NCBI RefSeq assembly: GCF_913063425.1
Contig: NZ_CAJXYK010000034.1
Span: 911 to 64,910 of the forward strand
DNA: 64,000 bases
Direction of reading: 5' to 3'
DNA from: an uncultured Thiohalocapsa sp.
GTDB lineage: Bacteria; Pseudomonadota; Gammaproteobacteria; Chromatiales; Chromatiaceae
A model generated the notes under the pieces. It searched no databases. It saw only the letters and a program-made list of their open reading frames with translations, and was not told the DNA's origin. Position numbers and translations under genes: made by a program. This document shows, piece after piece, positions 26,141 through 38,385 of this stretch. The number at the start of each line of letters is the position of its first letter. Position 1 is the stretch's first letter.

Positions 26141-27004
26141 TCAGTCGTTCGCTGCCAGGCGTCTGCGCACGAACTCGGGCTGTGCGAGGGCCGCGGCATG
26201 GATGTCGGCGTTGTAATAGGTGGTGTCCAACAGGTTGCCTGCGTCGATGCGGCGGAAGTCCGGCAGGCGTTCCCCGGCCGCTGCCATCGTGGCGCTCCAC
26301 CAGCCCGATGGGTAGATGGTCTGGGGAAAGAAGAGCGTCTGCACGGCGCCGAAGCCGGCGGCGCGCAGGTCGTCGTACATGCTGCGGATGATGTCGAGGT
26401 GATAGAGGGGCGATTCGCTCTGCTGCACCAGCAGCCCGTCATCCGCCAGCGCCCGGCGGCAGTCGCTGTAGAAATCCTCCGTGAACAGGCCCTGGGCAGG
26501 GCCCACGGGGTCCGTGCTGTCCACGATGATCACGTCGAGGCTGCCCGGCTCGGCGTCCGCCATCCAGCGGATGCCGTCGGCGAAGAGCAGTGTTGCGCGC
26601 GGGTCATCGTTGCCGGCGGTGAGCTCCGGGAAGAACTGCTCGGCGACGCGGGTGACGCGCTCGTCGATATCGATCTGGGTCACCTGCTCCACGTCAGCGT
26701 GCTTGAGCACCTCACGCAGGGTACCGCAGTCACCGCCGCCGATGATGCAGACGCGCTTGGGTGCCGGATGGGTCAGTAGCACCGGGTGGGCGAGCATCTC
26801 GTGGTAGAGGAAGTTCTCGCGCGAGGAGAGCATGGTGAAGCCGTCGATGACCATGAGATTGCCGAACTGCTCGGTCTCGTAGACCTCGATGGTCTGGTAG
26901 TCACTGCGCTCCTCGTGCAGCTTCCGGCGGATGCGCAGCGAGAAGGCGCTGCCCGCACCGTCCTGGACTTCGGTGAACCAGTGCTTGTCGTCGAGGTTGG
27001 GCAT
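26141..27004 (-). CDS. speE: Spermidine synthase (polyamine aminopropyltransferase)
   Basis: YHEMLAH, IIGGGDCGTLREV, VIIVDSTDPVGPA, QQSESP. Confidence 0.95.
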   Translation of the reverse strand: MPNLDDKHWFTEVQDGAGSAFSLRIRRKLHEERSDYQTIEVYETEQFGNLMVIDGFTMLSSRENFLYHEMLAHPVLLTHPAPKRVCIIGGGDCGTLREVLKHADVEQVTQIDIDERVTRVAEQFFPELTAGNDDPRATLLFADGIRWMADAEPGSLDVIIVDSTDPVGPAQGLFTEDFYSDCRRALADDGLLVQQSESPLYHLDIIRSMYDDLRAAGFGAVQTLFFPQTIYPSGWWSATMAAAGERLPDFRRIDAGNLLDTTYYNADIHAAALAQPEFVRRRLAAND

Positions 27005-27100
27005 GGTGACGGGCGGCTGGGGCTTGCGTGATGGGAATTGCGGTGCCCGGGCCGCGCGCGGCGGCGGGGCCCGGGCTGGCGTCAGAGCGTGTTACGCGGC

Positions 27101-27463
27101 TCAGCGCGGATAGCGGTCGTCGAGGTTCGCCGGGCAGAGCACGTCGCGCATGATACCGATCAGCTCCAGCAGCTGGTGATTGCGGATCCGATAGAAGATC
27201 CGGTTCGCCTCCTTGCGTGCGACGACGATGTTCTTGTTGCGCAGCTGCTCCAGGTGCTGGGAGATGTTGCTCTGCGACGTCCCGGTGCGCTCGACGATCT
27301 CGCCGACGGAGAGCTCGCGGTCGCCCAGGGAGCAGAGGATCTTCCAGCGCAGTGGGTGCGCCATGGCCTTGAGCGCCATGGCCGTCAGAGCCGTGTCCTC
27401 CTGGGAGGGCGGCGTGGACGGATCCTGATCCGCGGGTTGTTGCTCGTTCATCGTTACGGCCAT
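27101..27463 (-). CDS. ArsR-family regulator, SqrR/BigR type
   Basis: LKAMAHPLRWKILC...SQSNISQHL...IFYRI...VLC; Cys44 and Cys110. Confidence 0.85.
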   Translation of the reverse strand: MAVTMNEQQPADQDPSTPPSQEDTALTAMALKAMAHPLRWKILCSLGDRELSVGEIVERTGTSQSNISQHLEQLRNKNIVVARKEANRIFYRIRNHQLLELIGIMRDVLCPANLDDRYPR

Positions 27464-27546
27464 CGCTTACCTTGGGTGGGCAGGCCCGCCGTGCGCGCGG
27501 GCGCAATTGTCGTCATTGTCGTTGTCGTGGCGCGGGCGGACGGCGG

Positions 27547-28445
27547 TCAGCTTACCGACGCCCTGGCAGCGGACTCCTTCGTCCGGTACGCGGCCTCGTC
27601 ATCGATGCGGACATAGCCGGTCATATCCTTGGCGATGCAGATGATCTCGCTGATCCGGCCGGCGTCGTCCTTGACGGCGGTGCGCGAGAACAAAATCGGC
27701 ACCCGCTTGCCGTCTTTGGCGATGAAGCGCGCCTCGATCTTGGCCAGCGCCCCGGTGCGGATCAGTGCCTCCAGCCAAGTGCCCATGAAGGCGCCGGCCT
27801 CTTCGTCCCCTTCTTCCTCGAAAACGTCGCCGATGGAGAGCCCGATCAGATCCTGCTCGGCGTACTCCAGCATGGCGCAGGCGGTGGGGTTGGCCTGTTT
27901 GATGATGCCCTCCGCATCCAGCACCAGCAGCGCCTCGCCCATGTAGGTGACGATGTTCTCCAGGTACTGCCGGGCCTGCTCCAGCTCGCGGGTGCGCTCG
28001 GCGACCTTCTCTTCCAGCGCGACGTTGAGCGCGCGCTCCTTGGCGATGAGCCGGAAATAGGTGCTGATCTTGTTGATCAGCAGATTGTCGTCGATGGGCT
28101 TCAGCAGATAGTCCACGGCGCCCACGGCGAAGCCGCGCTGCTGGAACTCCTCGGACTTGAAGGCGGCCGTGAGAAAGATGATCGGGATATCACGGGTGCG
28201 CTTGCGCAGCTTCAGCAGCGAGGCGGTCTGGAAGCCGTCCATCTCCGGCATCTGCACATCGAGAATGATCAGATCGATGTCGCGGTGCTCCAGCGTCAGG
28301 TCAATGGCCTCACGCCCTGAGGACGCCTCCAGCACGGTGGCCGCGTCCAGGTGCTTCTCGATCAGCGTGCGCAGCGTATACAGGTTGTGCGCATGATCGT
28401 CCACAATCAGGATCTTGTAACCGGAGCCCTCTGTCATAGCTGCCG

Positions 28446-28449
<4 letters not shown>
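27547..28449 (-). CDS. Response regulator, REC + PAS, no output domain
   Basis: ILIVDD...LDVQMPEMDG...KP, then a PAS domain; ATGA overlap with the kinase. Confidence 0.9.
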
Positions 28450-30896
<2,447 letters not shown>

Positions 30897-31033
30897 GCCG
30901 GGCCTCGCGTCCGTGACCAACCAGTTACGATACCCGGCCGCGACAACCGATGGAATGGGTCTTACCGCCGTTCCGCCAGGGTTTCGGCTGCGGCCCATGT
31001 CCGTCCACCGGCCTGCGACCGGGGTTGTGGGAG

Positions 31034-31765
31034 ATGCCCATGCTGAAGGTGCTCTATCGCGATGCGCATCTGGTGGCGGTGGACAAGCCGCCGGGGCTCC
31101 TGGTGCATCGCACCCGCATCGCCGACGCCGACAGCTTCGTGCTACAACGCCTGCGCGACCAGCTGGGGCGCCGCGTGCACGCGGTGCACCGGCTCGACCG
31201 GCCCACCTCGGGCGTGCTGCTGTTCGCCCTCACCGCCGATGCGGCGCGGCGGCTGTCGGCCCAGTTCGCGACGCAGCGCGTGGCCAAGCACTATCTTGCG
31301 GTGGTGCGCGGCTGGCCGCCCGTCGCCGGCCGCATCGATTGGCCGCTGGACGATCCGGAGGCGAGCGCACCGGGTCGGCGTCTGCCACGACCGGCACTCA
31401 CCACCTACCGGCGGCTCGCCACGGCGGAGCTGCCGGTCGCCGTGAGCCGCTATCCGACGAGCCGCTATGCCCTGGTGCTGGCAGCGCCCCACACCGGGCG
31501 GCGCCACCAGCTGCGCCGGCACTTCGCGCACATCCGCCACCCCCTGATCGGCGACACGACCCACGGCGAGGGCCGGCACAATCGGCTCTTTCGCGAGCGC
31601 TTCGGCCTGCACCGACTCCTGCTGCATGCCTGGCGGCTCGACTTCACCCATCCGGACACGGATGCGGCCATGCGCGTCACGGCGGCGCCGGATGCCGACT
31701 GGTGCCGGCTGTTCGAGTCGCTGGGGTGGGCGGAGGCCTTGCCGCAGCGGATGGAAGCGTCTTGA
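31034..31765 (+). CDS. truC: tRNA pseudouridine synthase C (RluA family)
   Basis: DKPPGLLVH, HRLDRPTSGVLLF, TGRRHQLRRH, HPLIGDTTHGEGRHN. Confidence 0.9.
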   Translation: MPMLKVLYRDAHLVAVDKPPGLLVHRTRIADADSFVLQRLRDQLGRRVHAVHRLDRPTSGVLLFALTADAARRLSAQFATQRVAKHYLAVVRGWPPVAGRIDWPLDDPEASAPGRRLPRPALTTYRRLATAELPVAVSRYPTSRYALVLAAPHTGRRHQLRRHFAHIRHPLIGDTTHGEGRHNRLFRERFGLHRLLLHAWRLDFTHPDTDAAMRVTAAPDADWCRLFESLGWAEALPQRMEAS

Positions 31766-31836
31766 CCGGGCAACGATGCTGCGCGCTGGGGCCACCGCTT
31801 GATTAAGTGTACCGTCCCCGTATTGGGTCTCCGTAT

Positions 31837-31879
31837 CCGGGGCTTCCGGGGCTTCCGGGGCTTCCGGGGCTTCCGGGGC
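31837..31879. repeat. 9-bp tandem repeat (CCGGGGCTT x4 plus partial)
   Basis: Read directly; lies between the convergent truC and bcp. Confidence 0.9.
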
Positions 31880-31889
31880 GAGCGGGGGC

Positions 31890-32354
31890 TCAGAGATCGC
31901 GGACGAGCTCCAGGACCCGGGCGGCGTGGCCCTTGGGCTTGATGTCGTAGAGGGCGTGTCGGATCAGGCCGTCGCGACCGACGATGAAGGTGGAGCGCAC
32001 GATGCCCATTTTCTTCACACCGTTTTTCTCTTTTTCGCGCCAGACATCATAGGCTTGGCAGACGTCGCCGTCGGTATCCGCGAGCAGCGTGACGCTCAGG
32101 CCGTACTTGTCGCGAAAGGCGCCGTGACTGGCGCAGGTGTCGCGGCTGATGCCGATGATGTCGGCACCCGCCGCGGCAAAGTCCTCGTGCAGGTCCGTGA
32201 ACTCCAGGGCCTCCATGGTGCATCCCGGCGTGTCGTCCTTGGGATAGAAGCACAGCACGATGTGACGCTCGCCCCAGAGCTTGGTGATGTCCACCCGTTC
32301 CATATCCGCGTCGGGCAGCGAGAAGGGCGGTGCCGGGTCGCCGGGTTGCAGCAT
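31890..32354 (-). CDS. bcp: Peroxiredoxin, BCP family
   Basis: FYPKDDTPGCTMEA...GISRD...RSTF. Confidence 0.92.
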   Translation of the reverse strand: MLQPGDPAPPFSLPDADMERVDITKLWGERHIVLCFYPKDDTPGCTMEALEFTDLHEDFAAAGADIIGISRDTCASHGAFRDKYGLSVTLLADTDGDVCQAYDVWREKEKNGVKKMGIVRSTFIVGRDGLIRHALYDIKPKGHAARVLELVRDL

Positions 32355-32610
32355 GATCTCCCCCTGGTCAGCGGTTTGTCGTGCGGTGGCCGGCAGGTGC
32401 CGGCGCCGGCTCAGATGTCGGCGTCCGCTGGTCGAAATCTGGTCCAAAACTGGGCGAAATGTAGGCAGCCGTCGGTGACGCGTCAACCGCGGTGGCAGCG
32501 CGTCTATACGCCGCCTCGGAGGGTGCGCAGCGGTGCCGCTGACCCGCGTCTGCGCTGCGTGTTCGGTGGCAGGCTCGGGGCCCGCGCGCAGGCACCGGGG
32601 TGTGGGGTCC

Positions 32611-34005
32611 TCAGGCTGCTTCTGTGCCGGTTGGGGTGCCGGCGGGTCTGGTGTCGGCCGGCCTGTCCTGAGGCTCTGCGCGAGCGCCGTTGGGCGGTGT
32701 CTCCTGTTCCGGCGGCAGCCGCACGCTGGCCACGGTGCCGCCACCCACGCGGCTGCTCAGATGGATCTCCATGTCGTTGGCCACCGCGAGCTGACGCGCC
32801 ACGGCCAGGCCGAGCCCGGAGCCGCCGGTGCGGCGGTTGCGCGAGGCCTCCAGCCGGTAGAAGGGGCGGAACACCGCCTCGCGCTCGTCTTCCGGAATGC
32901 CGGGGCCGCGGTCGAGCACGAAGATTACGGCCGCGCGGTGATTGCAGTCGAGGCGCACCTCCACCGGCGCCTGACTGTAGCGCAGGGCGTTTTCGATGAG
33001 GTTGCCGAGGATGCGGCGCAGGGCCAGTGCGCTCACGCATTGCACACAGTGCTGCGTGGGCCGCCAGACGATGCGCGGGCGGGTGCCCACCACCTCGCCG
33101 ATGAGCTTGACGATGTCTACGCGGTGGCGCTCGCCGGCACCGAGGGTGCTGCCGAGCTCCACCGCCTGGCTGATCTGCGCGTTCATCTCCTCAAGGTCCC
33201 GCTCCATGCGCGCCTTCAGCGCCGGGTCGGTCTGGCGCGGCAGCATCTCCAGCGCCAGGCGCAGGCGGGTCAAGGGCGTGCGCAGGTCGTGGGAGATGCC
33301 CGCCAGCAGCACGGTGCGGTCCGCGAGCAGCTCGCGCACCTGCTGGCTGGTCTCGTTGAACTGCCGGGCGAGGTTTGCAAGCTCCCGTGGACCGCTCTCG
33401 GGCAAGGGCTCCGGCGAGCGTCCCTTGGCGACTTCCTCGGCCGCGTGGGCGAGGCGCGTCAGCGGCGAGGTGATGCGCCGGGCCAGCACCGAGGCCGTCA
33501 CCACCAGCAGCAGCAGCGCCAGCGTGGAGATGATGAAGAGTCCCTCAAGCGGCTTGGTGTTGATGCGGTCCCGGGGGAAGCCCGCCCAAACGTGCCCCTG
33601 CGGCGTGTCCAGGTCCACCCAGAACCAGCGTTTGCCGTCGATGACATTGCTCTGCATCCGCACCTCGGCACCGGCGCGCCCGCTGAGCGCCTCGCTCAGC
33701 CGCTGTACATAGGGAAAAAAGTAATGGCGCAGATGCTGGGGAGCCTCGGCCTCGGTGCGCAGCCAAAGCTGGTAGTCGTTCAGGAGCTTGAAGCGGTACT
33801 CGCCCTGCATTTCTTCGGGCAGCTGCACCAGGGTGTGGGCGGAGAGCTCCATAAAGGCGGCGAGGTCCGCCGTGGAACGCTGCACCACGGGGAACAGCGC
33901 ATAGTAGACGACGGTGAAGAAGGTGATCAGCGCGAAGCTGCCGAAGGTGAGCACCAGCGTCAGCAGCACCCGCGCGAACAGCGACGCCGGCAGCAGCGAG
34001 CGCAC
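32611..34005 (-). CDS. EnvZ-like sensor histidine kinase
   Basis: Two TM segments, HAMP, ISHDLRTPL, NLIENA, DRGPGI, GSGLGL. Confidence 0.92.
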   Translation of the reverse strand: MRSLLPASLFARVLLTLVLTFGSFALITFFTVVYYALFPVVQRSTADLAAFMELSAHTLVQLPEEMQGEYRFKLLNDYQLWLRTEAEAPQHLRHYFFPYVQRLSEALSGRAGAEVRMQSNVIDGKRWFWVDLDTPQGHVWAGFPRDRINTKPLEGLFIISTLALLLLVVTASVLARRITSPLTRLAHAAEEVAKGRSPEPLPESGPRELANLARQFNETSQQVRELLADRTVLLAGISHDLRTPLTRLRLALEMLPRQTDPALKARMERDLEEMNAQISQAVELGSTLGAGERHRVDIVKLIGEVVGTRPRIVWRPTQHCVQCVSALALRRILGNLIENALRYSQAPVEVRLDCNHRAAVIFVLDRGPGIPEDEREAVFRPFYRLEASRNRRTGGSGLGLAVARQLAVANDMEIHLSSRVGGGTVASVRLPPEQETPPNGARAEPQDRPADTRPAGTPTGTEAA

Positions 34006-34008
34006 CCT

Positions 34009-34722
34009 TCAGCCCTCCGCCTGGGGGGTGAAGATATAGCCGCGGCCCCAGACGGTGCGGATGTAGATGGGCTGTTTCTTGTTCGGCTCGATCTTCGCCC
34101 GCAGCCGCGCCACCTGCACGTCGATGCTGCGGTCGAAGGGGTTGCGCTCGTAGCCCTTCAGCAGGTCCAGCAGGCGGTCGCGGTGGAGCATCTGGTTGGG
34201 ATGCTCGACGAAGATGCGCAGCAGATCGAACTCGCTGCCCGTCAGCGTCACGGGCTCCCCGTCGCGGGTCAGCTGGCGGGCCGGGATGTCCAGCCGGTAG
34301 GGCCCGAAGCTCACGGCCTCCGGCGCCGCCGCCTCGGCCGCCGGCGCCCGCCGGCGCAGCACGGCGCGAATGCGGGCCAGCAGCTCGCGGGGGTTGAAGG
34401 GCTTTGCGAGGTAATCGTCGGCGCCGACTTCGAGGCCCACGATGCGGTCGATGTCCTCCCCGCGTGCGGACAGCATGATGATGGGGATGTCGTCCTTGGT
34501 GCGCAGACGCCGCGCCAGGGTCAGTCCATCCTCACCCGGCAGCATCAGGTCCAGAATCAGGAGATCCGCCTGATGCGTGTCGAGCCAATCGAACATGGCC
34601 GCACCGTCTTCCACGCCGCTCACCTCGAAGCCTTCCTGGCGCAGGTAATCGGTCAGCAGCTCGCGCAGCGAGGCGTCATCGTCGACCACGAGCACGCGGG
34701 TGGGGCCTTCGGCGGCGGACAT
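34009..34722 (-). CDS. OmpR-family response regulator
   Basis: LVVDDD...LDLMLPGEDG...GADDYLAKPF; winged-helix DRSIDVQVARLR. Confidence 0.95.
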   Translation of the reverse strand: MSAAEGPTRVLVVDDDASLRELLTDYLRQEGFEVSGVEDGAAMFDWLDTHQADLLILDLMLPGEDGLTLARRLRTKDDIPIIMLSARGEDIDRIVGLEVGADDYLAKPFNPRELLARIRAVLRRRAPAAEAAAPEAVSFGPYRLDIPARQLTRDGEPVTLTGSEFDLLRIFVEHPNQMLHRDRLLDLLKGYERNPFDRSIDVQVARLRAKIEPNKKQPIYIRTVWGRGYIFTPQAEG

Positions 34723-34821
34723 GGCTCAAGCTCATCCAGGGCGTGGGGCAGCGCGTGCCGGGTGCGTTCTTGTGACGCGCTTCCGAGAATCTGCGGCAGC
34801 CGTCGGAATCACCACGGCGCC

Positions 34822-34838
34822 TGTAACAACTTGTCACA
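34822..34838. promoter_or_regulatory. Candidate OmpR-family direct-repeat box
   Basis: TGTAACAACTTGTCACA = GTAAC-N5-GTCAC in the divergent promoter region. Confidence 0.45.
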
Positions 34839-34940
34839 ATATTAGCACTTGGCGAAATAACCTGGTCGATGCCCTCAAGGAGAATGACTGTCGACCCGGG
34901 GGGAAGCCCGGTCTCGGCCGGCGCCTCAGGCGCGGCCCGA

Positions 34941-34987
34941 CACAGCACCAGGGCCACACAGCACCAGGGCCACACAGCACCAGGGCC
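34941..34987 (+). repeat. 16-bp tandem repeat CACAGCACCAGGGCCA x3
   Basis: Units at 34941, 34957 and 34973, with no spacers. Confidence 0.9.
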
Positions 34988-35044
34988 GGATCAGCCCAGC
35001 ATGAGACACAGGCTAGCGCAGTTGCGGGAAACGGAGGCAGTACC

Positions 35045-35173
35045 ATGAGTTTCGACGCATTGACCATCAGCGGCATGGTGGCCGCGCTCGTGAGCGCCGG
35101 CTTCATCGTCGGCATCGTGCGTAACAACGAGCGTCTGCGCAGCCGTGATGCGCAGGACCGCAGCACGGACTGA
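35045..35173 (+). CDS. 42-aa single-TM small protein
   Basis: GGAGG RBS; MSFDALTISGMVAALVSAGFIVGIVRNNERLRSRDAQDRSTD. Confidence 0.6.
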   Translation: MSFDALTISGMVAALVSAGFIVGIVRNNERLRSRDAQDRSTD

Positions 35174-35399
35174 GCACAGCAGCATCGTCGAGCGAGCCGG
35201 TTGTGGCCCGGGCGGAGTCCCCCGCCGCCGCGGGTGCGCCGGCAGCCCTTCCCGATTCAGCGCGGAGCCGATGTACGCCGCACTGACCCCCGCGCGGCAG
35301 CACGCCGGCGCGCCGCATCGTCCGGCAGGATTTCACAGGCCCGTGTGCGCCTGAGTGGCGCCCTTTGGGAAAACGATTTCTGGGCAGCAAGCCAGTTGG

Positions 35400-35439
35400 C
35401 CGCCCGGCAGCACACACCCTGCCGAGGCGGTCTTTTTTT
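35400..35439 (+). terminator. Rho-independent terminator
   Basis: CCGCCCGGCAG-8 nt-CTGCCG(A)GGCGG followed by T7. Confidence 0.75.
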
Positions 35440-35562
35440 GGCGCATCCTTACAACAGCGACCGGTGGGCTCGGGCGCGGTGCCCGGTGGATACGCGGCTG
35501 GGTATATATTCGGCTGGGTGGATACGCGATTGGGGCTGTGTGGGCCGGGCGGCGGCGGGCCT

Positions 35563-35778
35563 TCAGGATCGGCCGTGCTCGCCAGGCAGGGCCTCGGTCA
35601 GGATGTCGAAGACGGCTTCCAGCGTCTCCAGGACTTCCCGGGTGACGGCCAGGGTCTTGGGGTCCGTGCCGGCGTCGTCGCCAGCGAGCGCCATGGCGCC
35701 CTGCAGCGTGTCCGGCGCCAGGCCCAAGTGGCCAAGATCGATCTGGGTGAGCTCTTTCAGCTGGGTGCCGCGGGTCAT
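35563..35778 (-). CDS. 71-aa hypothetical helical protein
   Basis: GGAGG upstream; host-like codons; MTRGTQLKELTQIDLGHLG...VLETLEAVFDILTEAL. Confidence 0.45.
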   Translation of the reverse strand: MTRGTQLKELTQIDLGHLGLAPDTLQGAMALAGDDAGTDPKTLAVTREVLETLEAVFDILTEALPGEHGRS

Positions 35779-36181
35779 CGATGATCTGCCTCCGCCCCCG
35801 GTGATGGGAAAACCCGTACTGCCACTCGCCGGGCATGCTACCCCAAGTCTTTGCGCGGTGTCTGTGCCGCATTGGTGCTTTGCGGCCCCTGTGCTCGGTC
35901 GGCGCCCGCGCTGGCGCCAGCGCCGCCGCCGCGGCTTTCGGTGGTGTCGCAGGTGGTGACGCCGTTCGTCGGACGATGCACGGCGAGGCGTGTTCTTGAT
36001 CTGCGACAAGGACCGTCGCTGGCGGGCGGCGCCGCCGCTGCGCGGGCAGACGCAAGCGGCGCTATCGCTTGACCGGCGACACTTCTCATGACCGCCCGGG
36101 TGACGCATGCTGGCAGTTACCGTTCATGCGCCCGTTCACAGAAGGCGAAGCACCCCACCACCAAGACCAGGAGCCCGTGCC

Positions 36182-36577
36182 ATGCAGGTCCGCGATTACA
36201 TGAGCCCCGCGCCCGTCACCATCGACGCGGGGGCCGACTACCAACAGGCCTTCAGCGTCATGGAGGAGAAGAGCCTCCACCACTTGCCCGTGCTGGACGC
36301 CGCGGGCAACTGCGCCGGCCTGGTGGCGCGCCGCGACCTCCAGCTCGCCGCCCGCTGCTTCCAGGAGGCGCCGGTGGAGATCGGCGAGATCATGCACAAG
36401 CCCGTCACCACCATCGCCCCCGACGCGGACCTCAGCGCCGCCGTCGAGCGCATGATGGACGACCACATCGGCTGCCTGCCCGTCTCCGACGATGGCGGCG
36501 GCCACCTGGTCGGCATCATCACCGAGACGGACCTGATGCGCGCGCTCAAGGACCTGCTGGCGCAGCGCGGCGGCTGA
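36182..36577 (+). CDS. CBS-pair protein
   Basis: VRDYMSPAPVTI...LHHLPV; IGCLPV...VGIITETD. Confidence 0.9.
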   Translation: MQVRDYMSPAPVTIDAGADYQQAFSVMEEKSLHHLPVLDAAGNCAGLVARRDLQLAARCFQEAPVEIGEIMHKPVTTIAPDADLSAAVERMMDDHIGCLPVSDDGGGHLVGIITETDLMRALKDLLAQRGG

Positions 36578-36623
36578 GTGCAACGGGGGCCGGTCACCAC
36601 GGCCGGCCCCGGCGGCAAAGCGC

Positions 36624-36776
36624 TCAGGCGGCCACCCCTTTCGGGTTCGGCCCATGCGCATTCGTGCCCGGCTGGCTGTCCTGCACGAAGAAGAAGATCA
36701 GCACCAGCGCGCCGATGATCGGGATCAGGATCAGCAGGTACCACCAGCCCGTGCGCCCCGTGTCGTGCAGGCGCCT
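36624..36776 (-). pseudogene. 3' remnant of a DUF805 membrane-protein gene
   Basis: RRLHDTGRTGWWYLLILIPIIGALVLIFFFVQDSQPGTNAHGPNPK with no 5' part. Confidence 0.8.
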
Positions 36777-36949
36777 GGATGCAGGATCAGGGTATGGCGC
36801 GGGGACCTGGTCCTCTTCTCCACGATGATGCCATTGACCAGCTCCGTTTTGACGTCCACGAGCCCCAGGTCCCGCAGAACGTGGCAGCTCTCCACCGAGA
36901 TCGGAGCGACCCGCCGCCGCACCCCGGGGCTCTCCAGGATGTCGATCAT
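36777..36949 (-). pseudogene. 5' remnant of a Uma2-family endonuclease gene
   Basis: MIDILESPGVRRRVAPISVE...TELVNGIIVEK...SPRH, then an out-of-frame junction. Confidence 0.65.
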
Positions 36950-36977
36950 TGCGGATAACTCGCGTGCGAATGCCGGC

Positions 36978-38198
36978 TCAGCTGCGGCGGCGCCCCTGCA
37001 CCCGCAGCCGCAGCGCATTCAGCCGGATGAAGCCCGTCGCATCGCCCTGGTCATAGGCGCCGGCGTCCTCCTCGAAGGTGGCGATGGACTCGTCGAACAG
37101 GCTGTTGGTGTCCGACCGGCGGCCCACGACCATGACGTTACCCTTGTAGAGCTTCAGGCGCACGTCGCCGTTGACCACGGTCTGGGTCTGGTCGATGGCC
37201 GCCTGGAGCATCTCCCGCTCCGGGCTGAACCAGTAGCCGTTGTAGATGAGCTGCGCGTAGCGCGGCATCAGCTCGTCCTTCAGGTGCGCCGCCTCGCGGT
37301 CCAGGGTCAGGGACTCCATGGCGCGGTGGGCCTTCAGCAGGATGGTGCCGCCGGGGGTCTCGTAGCAGCCACGGGACTTCATGCCGACGTAGCGGTTCTC
37401 GACGATGTCGGCGCGGCCGATGCCGTGCTCGCCGCCGATGCGGTTCAGCGCCGCCAGCACCTCGGCCGGGGTCATGGGCTTGCCGTCGATGGCCGTCACG
37501 TCCCCGTGCGTGAAGCTCAGTGCGATCTCCACGGGCGTGTCCGGCGCGTCCTGCGGGTCCCGGGTCCAGCGCCACATGTCGCCGCCCGGCTCCACCCAGG
37601 GGTCCTCTAGGTCGTAGCCCTCGTAGGAGATGTGCAGCAGGTTGGCGTCCATGGAGTAGGGCGACTTGGTGCCGTCGCGCTTCTGCTCGATGGCGATGCC
37701 GTGGGCGGCGGCGTAATTCATGAGCTTCTCGCGGGACAGCAGGTCCCACTCCCGCCATGGCGCGATGATCTTGATGTCCGGGTTCAGGGCGTAGGCCGTC
37801 AGCTCGAAGCGCACCTGGTCGTTGCCCTTACCGGTGGCGCCGTGGCTGATGGCGTCCGCGCCGGTCTCCGCGGCGATCTCCACCAGGCGCTTGGCGATGA
37901 GCGGGCGGGCGATGGAGGTGCCGAGCAGGTACTCGCCCTCGTAGAGGGCGTTGGCGCGGAACATCGGGTAGACGAAGTCGCGCACGAACGCCTCGCGCAG
38001 GTCGTCGATGTAGATCTCCGTGATGCCGGCGGCCTGGGCCTTCTCCCGGGCGGGCTCCAGCTCCTCGCCCTGGCCGATGTCGGCGGTGAAGGTGACCACC
38101 TCACAGCCGTATTCCTGCTTCAGCCACTTCAGGATCACGGAGGTGTCGAGGCCGCCGGAATAGGCGAGCACGACCTTCTTGACGGGGGTGCGGGACAT
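36978..38198 (-). CDS. argG: Argininosuccinate synthase
   Basis: [44 protein letters not shown]. Confidence 0.98.
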   Translation of the reverse strand: MSRTPVKKVVLAYSGGLDTSVILKWLKQEYGCEVVTFTADIGQGEELEPAREKAQAAGITEIYIDDLREAFVRDFVYPMFRANALYEGEYLLGTSIARPLIAKRLVEIAAETGADAISHGATGKGNDQVRFELTAYALNPDIKIIAPWREWDLLSREKLMNYAAAHGIAIEQKRDGTKSPYSMDANLLHISYEGYDLEDPWVEPGGDMWRWTRDPQDAPDTPVEIALSFTHGDVTAIDGKPMTPAEVLAALNRIGGEHGIGRADIVENRYVGMKSRGCYETPGGTILLKAHRAMESLTLDREAAHLKDELMPRYAQLIYNGYWFSPEREMLQAAIDQTQTVVNGDVRLKLYKGNVMVVGRRSDTNSLFDESIATFEEDAGAYDQGDATGFIRLNALRLRVQGRRRS

Positions 38199-38385
38199 GG
38201 CGGGCTCCTGTGACGCGGGATGGGGGAAGTTTGAAGTGTGCAGCTAGAAGTGTGAAGTATGCGCGTTCCCCGGCGCCTGGGCACCGGCGGCTCGGCGCTG
38301 CTGCTGATGGACGCTGCGCCTTTAAGACAGGTCGGGCGGACCCCGCGCTCGAAGCCCGGGTCGGGATTGGTTACCCTTGCCGCCC

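Noticed and set aside
34941-34987. CRISPR array (also considered 31837-31879, 45583-45623, 54255-54359)
   Set aside because: Repeats are contiguous with no unique spacers, too short, and no cas genes are present.
38221-38385. sigma32 heat-shock promoter for the Hsp70 operon
   Set aside because: No TTGAAA-N13/14-CCCCAT match; only short GAAGTGT-type repeats.
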